Origin: Candidatus Moraniibacteriota bacterium
GTDB taxonomy: Bacteria; Patescibacteriota; Minisyncoccia; Moranbacterales; UBA1568
Assembly: GCA_052034975.1 (NCBI GenBank)
Contig: JBPOIA010000021.1
Location: forward strand, 702 to 64,701
Direction: 5' to 3'
DNA length: 64,000 nt
Within the stretch, counting starts at the first letter, position 1. Every line of letters begins with the position of its first letter. The position numbers and the translations under genes were made by a program. The notes below the pieces were generated by a model, which was not told where the DNA came from, did no database searches, and saw only the letters and a program-made list of their open reading frames with translations. Of the stretch, positions 55,796 through 64,000 are shown one piece after another.

Positions 55796-58700
55796 TTATA
55801 GGTCGGTGACGCGACGGACTTCTTCGAGTGTCGTTTTGCCTTCAAGGACGGAAAGGATACCGTCCTGTGCGATTGTGATCATCCCGCCTTTAATCGCTTG
55901 TTCTTCTATCTCGTGAGTCAGGGCATTCCTCGCGATCAAGTCCTTCATCACATTATCGACGAGGAGCGCTTCGGAAAGCATCACTTGCCCTTTGTATCCG
56001 GTGCCATTGCAAGCGGCACAGCCGGACCCCTTTGAAAGAGCGCGTTGTTTCGGGAGGGTGATACCGGACGTTTCCGGAAGCGAAGCGAGAACACGTTCGA
56101 TGACGGAGGATTCTTCCGTGGATGGCTCGGCCGGTTTTTTACAGTGTTCGCAGACGCGGCGCACGAGACGTTGTGCCAGGAAAAGATCGCCCGCATTCGC
56201 GAGATCATCTCCGGATACGCCCATTTTGAGGAGTCGCGTTACGGTGCCGGCGGCGGAGTTGGCATGGAGGGTTGAGAGTACCAGGTGTCCGGTGCTCGCG
56301 GCTTGGACGGCGATTTGGGCGGTTTCATCATCGCGAATTTCGCCGATCATCAGGATGTCCGGATTTTGACGAAGGAGTGAGCGGAGCGCGGTCACGAACG
56401 TATAACCCTCAGCATCATTCACTTGTGTTTGGAGCAACCCTTTCATCTGGTATTCGATCGGATCCTCGACAGTGATGATCTTGATTTCCGGTCGGTTGAG
56501 CCGTGCGAGGATGCTATAGAGTGTTGTTGTCTTGCCGGAACCGGTCGGTCCGGTATTCAGTATCACGCCGTTCGGTTTTTTGATTGCCGTGAGAATTCTT
56601 TCTAAGTTCTGCTTGCGGATGCCGAGGGTTTCGAGATCGAGCTTCGAGACGGATTGGTTCAAGAGCCGCATCACAACCGTCTCACCGAAACCGCCGGAGA
56701 TGAGCGAAAGACGGACATCGACGGTGCCGCTCGCTGCCTGCTCGATTGGTTCCTCGAGCGTGATAGAGAAGCGATTGTCGGTGATACCGGCGCGCTCGCT
56801 CGTTTTGAGTCCGACGAGCGCCTTGATTTCACCGACAAAACTCGGATATTCGTTGAGAGGGAAACTCGCCACGGTCTGCAGGATGCCGTCGATGCGGAAA
56901 CGCGCCTCGAATGTTTCTGCCGCCGGTTCGATATGGATATCTCCCGCCTGGAGCGCGAGTGCGGCGGCGAAGATTGTTTGGAGACGCAGCTTGGAATCGA
57001 CGCTTGCGGCATAAGCGGCGAAATCCGGAAGGGAAGCGATATGTTTCACGGTCTCATCCATACAGGTCTTCGGAACATAGGAAGCGCGCGAAAGATCGCT
57101 CAGCATAATGTCGAGATAGATATTCTTCAGAATTTCGACCTGGTCGGTGACGCGCCAAACCTCCTCAAGTGTCGTGATACCGGCAAGGGTTTTCAGGATG
57201 CCGTCCTGGGTCATCGTGACCATCCCGTTTTCGAGCGCCGCCTTGAAGATCTCCTGTTCTGTACCACGTTCGTTGATGATTTCGATGATGTCCGGTGTCA
57301 TCGCGAATACTTCGAAAATCCCGACCCGTCCGCGGTAGCCGGTAAAATGACATTCCGAACACCCCACGGCTTTCCAAAGGGCATCGACGTTCTTTGGGAG
57401 AGGAATTTTTGCTTTGGGCGAAATGACGGTAACGAGTCGCATAATGGAATCGAGCGTCTCTTTGGTTGGTTGGTAGGAGACGCGGCATTTCGGACAGAGT
57501 CGGCGCACGAGGCGCTGAGCGATAACGATATTGAGGGACGACGATATGAGCGACGGTTTCACACCGAGCTCGATAAGTCGTGGAATAGCTGCCGGTGCGT
57601 TGTTGGCATGGAGAGTCGAAAGGACGAGGTGGCCGGTGAGCGCCGCATTGACGGCGATATCCGCCGTTTCGTCGTCGCGGATTTCTCCGACCAAGATGAC
57701 GTCCGGATCCTGCCGGACAATGGCCCGGAGCGCGGTCGCGAACGTATAGGACTTGTCTTTGGAGACTTCGGTCTGGACGATGCCGGAGAGTGAATATTCG
57801 ATCGGGTCCTCGACGGTGATGATCTTTGTCCCCGGTTGGTTGATGCGGGAAAGGAGGGTATAGAGCGTCGTCGTTTTTCCGGAACCGGTTGGTCCGGTAT
57901 TCAGGATCATCCCATGAGGCTTTTCGGTCTGACCGATGACCTCTTCTCGGGTCAGTCCGGTGAGACCGAGGTCGTTGATGTCTACAACGATGTCTTCTCC
58001 CGAGAGAAGACGCATATTGATGCTTTCGCCGTGTTTGCCGGGAATGCTGTTGACACGCACGTCAACGCGTTTGTTTTCGAGTTCGATGAAGAAGTGTCCG
58101 TCTTGGGCCTTGTCGCGGATATTGAGGCGCATCTTACCGATCATTTTGATGCGGGAGAGAAGGAGCCGATAGACTTCGACAGGAAGCGTGCCAATGTCTT
58201 GGAGTACGCCGTCGATGCGATAGCGCAGGCGAGTATGCTCTTCTTCCGGTTCGATGTGAATATCGCTTGCGTCGAGTTTCCGTGCGCCGGCAAGGATGAT
58301 CTCCATCGCGCGAGAAGTCGTGACCGGATGACTTTCTTTCAGGTGCATCAGTTCGCCGAATTCGGCTTCGAAGCGTTCCAGGTCCTGTCCGCCCAAAGAG
58401 ACGCGCACAAGATCGAGATTGTCGATGAATGTCCGCTTGGAGTAATTTTTCCATGCGTGTTCGATGGCCGGACGCGAGACGACATAGAGCTCTTTTTCCC
58501 AGCCTTTTTCGCGGCAGATATTTTCGATGAAAGAAAGCGTTTCCTGATTCGTAGGATCAGTGAGGGCGAAGAAAACTTGCGCGGATTTTTTTTGAAACAG
58601 GATGAGTCCAAACTTCCGAGCATCATTTTCCGGCACCAAAAGCACATCCTCGACCTCCAAAGGAAAAAGAGAGAGGTCGATGTAGGGAAGCCCGTGTTTT

Positions 58701-58819
58701 TGAGCCAGACGAGCAGCCTCTTCTTCGATCGAGACCTGTCGCATTTTTTGCAGGACGTCCTCGGTTTTTTGGCTTTTCTCGTCCGGGAGAGGGGCGCCTT
58801 GAGGAGAAACCTTTACCAT
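55796..58819 (-). CDS. Tandem-fused double PilB/GspE-type secretion ATPase (two complete N-domain + ATPase + Cys4 units in one polypeptide)
   Basis: Walker A twice (LNTGPTGSGKTTTLYTLLSR and LNTGPTGSGKTTTLYSILAR). Motif VEDPIEY twice. Two tetra-Cys motifs (CPKC...CSEC and CEHC...CAAC). Two GspE_N-like regions. Confidence 0.8.
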   Translation of the reverse strand: MVKVSPQGAPLPDEKSQKTEDVLQKMRQVSIEEEAARLAQKHGLPYIDLSLFPLEVEDVLLVPENDARKFGLILFQKKSAQVFFALTDPTNQETLSFIENICREKGWEKELYVVSRPAIEHAWKNYSKRTFIDNLDLVRVSLGGQDLERFEAEFGELMHLKESHPVTTSRAMEIILAGARKLDASDIHIEPEEEHTRLRYRIDGVLQDIGTLPVEVYRLLLSRIKMIGKMRLNIRDKAQDGHFFIELENKRVDVRVNSIPGKHGESINMRLLSGEDIVVDINDLGLTGLTREEVIGQTEKPHGMILNTGPTGSGKTTTLYTLLSRINQPGTKIITVEDPIEYSLSGIVQTEVSKDKSYTFATALRAIVRQDPDVILVGEIRDDETADIAVNAALTGHLVLSTLHANNAPAAIPRLIELGVKPSLISSSLNIVIAQRLVRRLCPKCRVSYQPTKETLDSIMRLVTVISPKAKIPLPKNVDALWKAVGCSECHFTGYRGRVGIFEVFAMTPDIIEIINERGTEQEIFKAALENGMVTMTQDGILKTLAGITTLEEVWRVTDQVEILKNIYLDIMLSDLSRASYVPKTCMDETVKHIASLPDFAAYAASVDSKLRLQTIFAAALALQAGDIHIEPAAETFEARFRIDGILQTVASFPLNEYPSFVGEIKALVGLKTSERAGITDNRFSITLEEPIEQAASGTVDVRLSLISGGFGETVVMRLLNQSVSKLDLETLGIRKQNLERILTAIKKPNGVILNTGPTGSGKTTTLYSILARLNRPEIKIITVEDPIEYQMKGLLQTQVNDAEGYTFVTALRSLLRQNPDILMIGEIRDDETAQIAVQAASTGHLVLSTLHANSAAGTVTRLLKMGVSGDDLANAGDLFLAQRLVRRVCEHCKKPAEPSTEESSVIERVLASLPETSGITLPKQRALSKGSGCAACNGTGYKGQVMLSEALLVDNVMKDLIARNALTHEIEEQAIKGGMITIAQDGILSVLEGKTTLEEVRRVTDL

Positions 58820-58939
58820 ATTCGTTTTCGTGTCGGTTTTCCATCATTGTACCGTAAGATACGGGAGTGAGCAAAGAAAAAGCCACCCGAGAAACGAGTG
58901 GCGAAAGGGTTCCTTGTATCGGTCGGCATTCGCGAGAGA

Positions 58940-60073
58940 TCATTTTTCCGCAAGTGTTCCGATGACGATATGCTCCGCCTCGTCGAGGCTGTTGGCGTCG
59001 AGAGTGAAACGGAAGACGTCGTTTTCCAGGTGGCCGTTCGGAAAACGTTTGGCAAATGCAGCAAGGGCCTCTGGCGAAATGGCGCGTGCGATGCCGAGGA
59101 TACGAGCATTCGTCTCGGGCGAGAGAATAAGGAAGAGGCTGGCGGCGGAATAATTACCTCGGATTTTCTCGAGCACGAGCGGCAGGTCTTCGGCACGAGC
59201 GCGCGACTGCACCAAATCTTCGATAGAGACTTGTGCCCAAATGAGTTTCAGGTCATCGTTCCATTTAAGCTGCGACATCACCCGCCCCCAGAGTTTGAGA
59301 AGATGGAGCGGTTGAGTTTTATACAGTGAGCGGACGATTTTTTGCTGGTCGGCGCCCTGGTCCATCAAACGCGAAGCGGTATGGAGAGCCCGAGGAGTCG
59401 TGTTTTTTTTCTGAAAACTCTCTGTCGCTGAAATGATTCCGGTAAGCAGACACTCATACACTCGGCTGTCCAAGAGGGCCGGATCGGCCTTCTCGAGTAT
59501 TTCCGCGAGTATTTCCGAGACGGACGAAGCGGTGATATCCATCAGGTTTACCTGGCCGAACAGCTCGTTGTCCGGATGATTGTCGAGATTCACGACCGGC
59601 ACCTCATAGAAGATATCCGGATTGTTTTCGTAGATTTGCCCGAGCCGCTCTTTGTCGGGCGACCCAATGACGATCACGAGATCGAATTTGAATTGTGCCG
59701 GAACGAAGGAAAAGTCCCGTGGATCGATGGCACCGTGATCCGGTGTGAGATAGATGCGGAGCTCGTGACCAGCTTCTTCCGTGCGAACGTTCGAGATGCG
59801 GTTGCGCTCCGTGTTGAACGAGAGGATGAAATCCCGTGCACCGGAAAGCGATGAGAGAAGACTTTTCGGTTCGGTGAGAAAGGCGAGTGACTCCTTGTCT
59901 TTGAGGATATTCTCTCCGGCGACAGAAACCTCTCTTCCGGAATTTTCAAGGAAAAGCGCGAGCGCGAACGCGGTTGAAAGCGCGTCTCGGCTCGGGTAGC
60001 TGGGCAAGAGGATGAGCGGGGAAGCCGTCTTTTTCAGGAGTTCTCGGAATTGTTGGGCTGGCGAGAGCGACAT
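58940..60073 (-). CDS. DHH-family (NrnA-like) paralogue with degenerate catalytic motifs
   Basis: DLVIVIGSPD and LLTGIISATESFQ resemble NrnA motifs II/IV. The DHH position reads NHP (LDNHPDN) and GGGH reads NGH. Confidence 0.45.
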   Translation of the reverse strand: MSLSPAQQFRELLKKTASPLILLPSYPSRDALSTAFALALFLENSGREVSVAGENILKDKESLAFLTEPKSLLSSLSGARDFILSFNTERNRISNVRTEEAGHELRIYLTPDHGAIDPRDFSFVPAQFKFDLVIVIGSPDKERLGQIYENNPDIFYEVPVVNLDNHPDNELFGQVNLMDITASSVSEILAEILEKADPALLDSRVYECLLTGIISATESFQKKNTTPRALHTASRLMDQGADQQKIVRSLYKTQPLHLLKLWGRVMSQLKWNDDLKLIWAQVSIEDLVQSRARAEDLPLVLEKIRGNYSAASLFLILSPETNARILGIARAISPEALAAFAKRFPNGHLENDVFRFTLDANSLDEAEHIVIGTLAEK

Positions 60074-60212
60074 AGATGGAAGATTTCTAATACTTCATTC
60101 CTAGTCTCCCAACGAAGAAAGGAAGTCCTCAAAAATAGCAAGGATAACAGAATGTGTCAAATATTGCTTTTTTCTCGCCAAAAACCGCCTTTTGCGCTAG
60201 GATGAAGGCGTT

Positions 60213-60692
60213 ATGGAAAATATTTTCACTACCCACTCCGCCGAAGAGACACGCGTGCTTGGCAAAAAAATCGCACAGGAATTGGCGCCGGAGACACTCC
60301 TATGTCTTCGTGGTGATCTCGGCTCTGGCAAGACGACATTTACACAAGGACTACTTGAAGGTTTGGGCGCGGCGCGGCCGTATGTGAGCCCGACGTTTGT
60401 CATTATGAAAGAATATGCGTTGCCGAAAGCCACGACGACCGGCATCAAACGCGTCTATCACTGTGACGCTTACCGGGTGCACGAAAAGGACTTTGAAACA
60501 CTCGGTTTCGCCGAATGGTGTGCCGACCCGGAAGGACTGGTCATCCTCGAATGGCCCGAACGCGTGAAGAATATCATTTCGCCAAAAGCGATGTGTATCT
60601 CTCTCATCGCGAAAAGCGAGATCGATCGAGAGATTAGCATAGAAAACACTCAGAAACCCTCGTTTATCACAGAGAAGACGTTTTTCATATGA
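60213..60692 (+). CDS. tsaE: tRNA t6A37 biosynthesis protein TsaE (YjeE)
   Basis: P-loop LRGDLGSGKTTFTQGL. Length ~160 aa. Confidence 0.8.
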   Translation: MENIFTTHSAEETRVLGKKIAQELAPETLLCLRGDLGSGKTTFTQGLLEGLGAARPYVSPTFVIMKEYALPKATTTGIKRVYHCDAYRVHEKDFETLGFAEWCADPEGLVILEWPERVKNIISPKAMCISLIAKSEIDREISIENTQKPSFITEKTFFI

Positions 60693-63310
60693 AGAACAAG
60701 CCGAAGAAATTGGTGCTTTTGGACGGAAACGCGCTCATCCACCGGGCGTACCATGCGTTGCCGCCGCTTACGGCCAAGGGTGGTGAAGTGGTGAATGCCG
60801 TGTACGGATTTGCGATGACGCTTCTCTCCGTCTTAGAAAAATGGAAGCCCGATTATATCGCGGCGTCATTCGACCTTTCCGGACCGACGTTTCGCGATGA
60901 GCTGTACGAGGACTACAAGGCGACCCGGCAGAAAGCGCCGGACGATCTCTACGCGCAGATTCCCCGTGTGAAAGAGGTGGTACAGGCGTTCAATATTCCG
61001 ATTTACGAAAAGAAAGGCTTTGAGGCGGACGATTGTGTGGGAACGCTCGCGCGCCAAGCGGAAAAGGAAAACGTCGAAACGATCATCGTGACGGGCGATA
61101 ACGACACGCTCCAGCTTGTGACGCCGCTCACCAAAGTGTTCTCCATCCGCAAAGGCATCAAGGACCTCGTGCTCTACGACGAGGAAGCGGTGCAAAAAAA
61201 ATACGGATTCGCGCCGGCGCGGCTTATCGAATACAAAGGACTTGCCGGAGACCAGTCCGACAATATTCCGGGCGTCAAAGGTGTCGGCGAAAAAACAGCG
61301 ACGGATTTGGTGCAACAATATGGCACACTCGAAAACCTTTACGCGCACCTCGGTGACGTAAAGGAATCCGTACGAAAAAAACTCGAAGCGGACAAAGAAA
61401 ATGCCTTTCTTTCGCGGACACTCGGCACGATCGATACTCAGGCGCCGGTCGCGCTCGATCTTCACGCGGCCGTTACGCACGAATACGACCGAGGGAAGGT
61501 CGAGGAGCTTTTCCGGAACCTTGGATTTTTTAGTTTGCTCAAGCGGTTGCCCGGAAGTACGAGTGAACAGTCAGGACAAGATGGCAAGGAACTGCGGAAA
61601 GGAAAAGGAGGGAGCAGAAAACTGAAAGATGTCGGAGAATTGGAGAGATGGTTGGAACAGAACAAAGGAAGCGGGACAGCGGTATGGATCGCGCGCGGAG
61701 AAGCGTCCCTCTTCGGAGGAGCCGGCATCAAGGAGGTCCGTCTTGCTGTGACGGAAGATGCGGAAGTCTTCATTCAATGGAACGAGGAAGCGAAAAGTGT
61801 TCTGAAATCATTCTTTGAGAACGAGAAACGGTCGAAGATCCTCTATGATGCGAAAAGTATGATGCATCTTCTTGCACAGGAGCAGATCATACTCAATGGC
61901 GTGGCCCGCGATACGATGCTCCTTGCCTACCTTCTCGATTCCGGCGGCGAAGTGTCATTTGAATCGCTGATACTTAGGGAATTGCCCGCGGCATTCTCAG
62001 TCGATGCGCCGGCGAGCACCCTCTACGCGCTCAATACGAAGCTCGGAACGGAGATAAAGCGCGTATCGAAAGAGCAAACGAACGGAAAAACGCTTTTGGA
62101 CGTGTACGGAAACATCGAACTGCCGCTCGTACCGGTCTTGTTTCGGACGGAACAAAACGGTATCCGGCTCAACAAAAAAAAGTTTTCCGTTCTCTCGGAA
62201 GAGCTTTCCGTGGAGCTTGCGGCGCTTGAAAAAGATATCTACGCATTGGCTGGTCGCGGATTCAACATCAACTCCCCGAAGCAGCTTGCGGAAATTCTTT
62301 TTGAAGACCTGCATATTCCGACGACCAACATCAAAAAAACCAAAACCGGCATTTCTACGGCGGCCTCGGAATTGCAAAAACTTGCCGCGTATCCGATCGT
62401 GCAAAAGATAGAGCAATATCGCGAATTATTCAAATTAAAAACGACGTACCTCGATGTTTTGCCGGGACTAGTCGATACGGATGCGCGCTTGCATACGACG
62501 TTTCACCAGACCGTGGCCGCAACGGGACGCCTGTCCTCGTCGGATCCAAATCTGCAGAATATTCCCGCCAGAAATACATGGAGCGAGCGGATTCGCGGCG
62601 CGTTCGAGGCCGAAGAAGGCTTTCGGCTTGTCGGTGCGGATTATTCGCAGATCGAACTCCGCGTGATGGCACATATGTGCAAAGATAAGGCGCTGACCGA
62701 GGCATTTATGCGCGGAGAGGATGTTCATACGAAAACCGCCGCAGTGGTGTATAAGGTAAAACCAGAAGAAGTGACGCCTGATATGCGCCGACAGGCGAAG
62801 GTGTTTAATTTCGGTATTATGTACGGGATGGGGAGTTTCGGTCTCGCGCAAGCGGCGCAGATCGACCAAAAAGAAGCGGCACAGTTTATCGCGGCGTATT
62901 TCAAAAAGTTTTCCGGTGTCAAAAAATTTATGGAAGAGATGAAACGTATGGCGCGGGAACAAGGGTACGTGGAAACGGAAACCGGCCGTCGCCGCTACGT
63001 GCCGGAAATCACCAGTCAAAATATTCAAGTGGCACGAGCCGCGGAACGGGTAGCGATCAATATGCCGATCCAGGGGTTAGCGGCCGATATTATGAAGCTC
63101 TCGATGCTTGCCGCGCAAAAAATCGTCGAGGCCTACGGGAAAGACGCGCGAATGGTGCTCCAAATACACGACGAGCTCATCTTCGAGGTCTGTAAGGATA
63201 GAGCAGAGGGGTTTGCGGAAGAGATACGCGAGGTGATGGAACGCGCCTACCCGCTTTGCGTGCCGCTCGAAGCGGTTGTGGCGATCGGAAAAAATTGGGG
63301 AGAAATCTAG
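60689..63310 (+). CDS. polA: DNA polymerase I
   Basis: 5' nuclease domain (LVLLDGNALIHRAYHA, GDNDTLQL). Pol motifs A (DYSQIELRVMAH), B (RRQAKVFNFGIMYG) and C (QIHDELIFE). Exo I residues are not conserved. Confidence 0.9.
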   Translation: MKNKPKKLVLLDGNALIHRAYHALPPLTAKGGEVVNAVYGFAMTLLSVLEKWKPDYIAASFDLSGPTFRDELYEDYKATRQKAPDDLYAQIPRVKEVVQAFNIPIYEKKGFEADDCVGTLARQAEKENVETIIVTGDNDTLQLVTPLTKVFSIRKGIKDLVLYDEEAVQKKYGFAPARLIEYKGLAGDQSDNIPGVKGVGEKTATDLVQQYGTLENLYAHLGDVKESVRKKLEADKENAFLSRTLGTIDTQAPVALDLHAAVTHEYDRGKVEELFRNLGFFSLLKRLPGSTSEQSGQDGKELRKGKGGSRKLKDVGELERWLEQNKGSGTAVWIARGEASLFGGAGIKEVRLAVTEDAEVFIQWNEEAKSVLKSFFENEKRSKILYDAKSMMHLLAQEQIILNGVARDTMLLAYLLDSGGEVSFESLILRELPAAFSVDAPASTLYALNTKLGTEIKRVSKEQTNGKTLLDVYGNIELPLVPVLFRTEQNGIRLNKKKFSVLSEELSVELAALEKDIYALAGRGFNINSPKQLAEILFEDLHIPTTNIKKTKTGISTAASELQKLAAYPIVQKIEQYRELFKLKTTYLDVLPGLVDTDARLHTTFHQTVAATGRLSSSDPNLQNIPARNTWSERIRGAFEAEEGFRLVGADYSQIELRVMAHMCKDKALTEAFMRGEDVHTKTAAVVYKVKPEEVTPDMRRQAKVFNFGIMYGMGSFGLAQAAQIDQKEAAQFIAAYFKKFSGVKKFMEEMKRMAREQGYVETETGRRRYVPEITSQNIQVARAAERVAINMPIQGLAADIMKLSMLAAQKIVEAYGKDARMVLQIHDELIFEVCKDRAEGFAEEIREVMERAYPLCVPLEAVVAIGKNWGEI

Positions 63311-63335
63311 AAAAATAAAATGAAGCAAAGAAAAT

Positions 63336-63372
63336 GCAAATAAAAAAACCGGCCGTGTGGCCGGTTTTTTGG
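63336..63372. terminator. Bidirectional intrinsic terminator between polA and the convergent small ORF
   Basis: AAAAAAA CCGGCC gtgt GGCCGG TTTTTTGGTTT. Confidence 0.7.
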
Positions 63373-63374
63373 TT

Positions 63375-63626
63375 TCAATGGAGAACGTCGGGGCTTTTGA
63401 GGAGCTCGCCGAGCCGTTCGTGCACTTTTCGTATCTTTTCCTGTGCGTCCGGATCGCTCTTGATAGAAGGATTTTCCCGGATCGCTTTCTCGATATGATC
63501 AGTGACCTCGTTGAGTTCGTCGAGATCAAGGTGTTCGATCTGCTCCATAATGGCCGAAGTCTGCGCCTTTTTTTCCAACGCTTCTTTGTTGGGATTTACC
63601 ACGCCCTCGAGGCTTTCAAAAGCCAT
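63375..63626 (-). CDS. Hypothetical small acidic protein
   Basis: 83-96-aa ORF convergent with polA. Helical, charged. No motif. Confidence 0.3.
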   Translation of the reverse strand: MAFESLEGVVNPNKEALEKKAQTSAIMEQIEHLDLDELNEVTDHIEKAIRENPSIKSDPDAQEKIRKVHERLGELLKSPDVLH

Positions 63627-63770
63627 AGCTTTGTTTTTAACGATTAAAAAAAGAACGGGGTACACCCGCTCTTCACCCTTCTAGTATAGCAGAAAAACCA
63701 CCCAAAGTCAACGAAGAAATGTTTGATACAATGAAAGTATCAGAATCAAAATCAAAGCGTATGCCTGAAT

Positions 63771-64000
63771 TACCGGAAGTGCAAACCGTGGTGAATCAGT
63801 TAAGCGAGAAGATCGTCGGCAAGACGGTTGCCGGTTTTCGAAGTGACTGGAAGAAAAATGTCTTCCCGTCATCGGCCGCGTTCGTGCGCCGGACAAAGGG
63901 GACAAGTGTCGTCCGCGTGCGCCGTCTTGGCAAACACATCGTCATCGATCTCAATAACGGATACTCGATCGTGATTCATCTCAAGATGACAGGACATCTT
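63771..64000 (+). CDS. mutM: Formamidopyrimidine-DNA glycosylase (Fpg/MutM), 5' part only; runs off the window end
   Basis: MPELPEVQTVVNQL N-terminus; the catalytic Pro2/Glu3 is invariant. Confidence 0.75.

Overview
This 64-kb window is a bacterial chromosomal segment of about 50% GC. It carries the replication-origin neighbourhood: rpmH-rnpA-yidC-jag on the minus strand, then oriC-like DnaA boxes, then dnaA-dnaN-DUF721 on the plus strand. Core genes called from conserved motifs include pnp, rpsO, gyrA, rpsA, gmk, tilS, ftsH, rbfA, nrnA, a family-4 uracil-DNA glycosylase, rplS, an RluA-family pseudouridine synthase, a peroxiredoxin, an Fe/Mn superoxide dismutase, nrdAB, a class-A penicillin-binding protein, ruvC, a YebC-family regulator, ruvB, tsaE, polA and a 5'-truncated mutM. 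I find 11 tRNA genes. Five of them form one minus-strand cluster. Two others flank an AT-rich HNH endonuclease gene.

The accessory content is more interesting.
- A 20-bp perfect palindrome (AATGTTCCACGTGGAACATT) occurs 15 times inside an AT-rich, still-open 2-kb O-antigen-ligase-like ORF. It is translated in three different frames.
- A three-gene module encodes a 7TM membrane protein, an ATP-grasp ligase fused to a retropepsin-like domain, and a RimK-like ATP-grasp ligase. No function is assigned to it; I infer a ligase system.
- One 1007-aa ORF fuses two complete PilB/GspE ATPase units. It sits next to a degenerate DHH-family paralogue.
- An HTH/Doc toxin-antitoxin pair lies behind an array of ACATATGT palindromes that overlap its promoter.
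- A T4SS-pilin-like (TrbC/VirB2-type) protein with a Cys-rich C-terminal domain sits beside a TolB-like beta-propeller protein.
- A surface-glycan cluster holds two more Wzy_C ligase paralogues, two GT2 genes and a Wzx flippase.
- An orphan sigma70-like promoter and an intrinsic terminator bracket about 215 nt with a long-range closing stem, which I read as a candidate small RNA.

Gene content hints at an uncultivated lineage, possibly Patescibacteria/CPR, but this is low-confidence inference. All calls come from reading the sequence and the ORF translations; no database search was run. Coordinates taken from my own line counting are good to about +/-2 nt.
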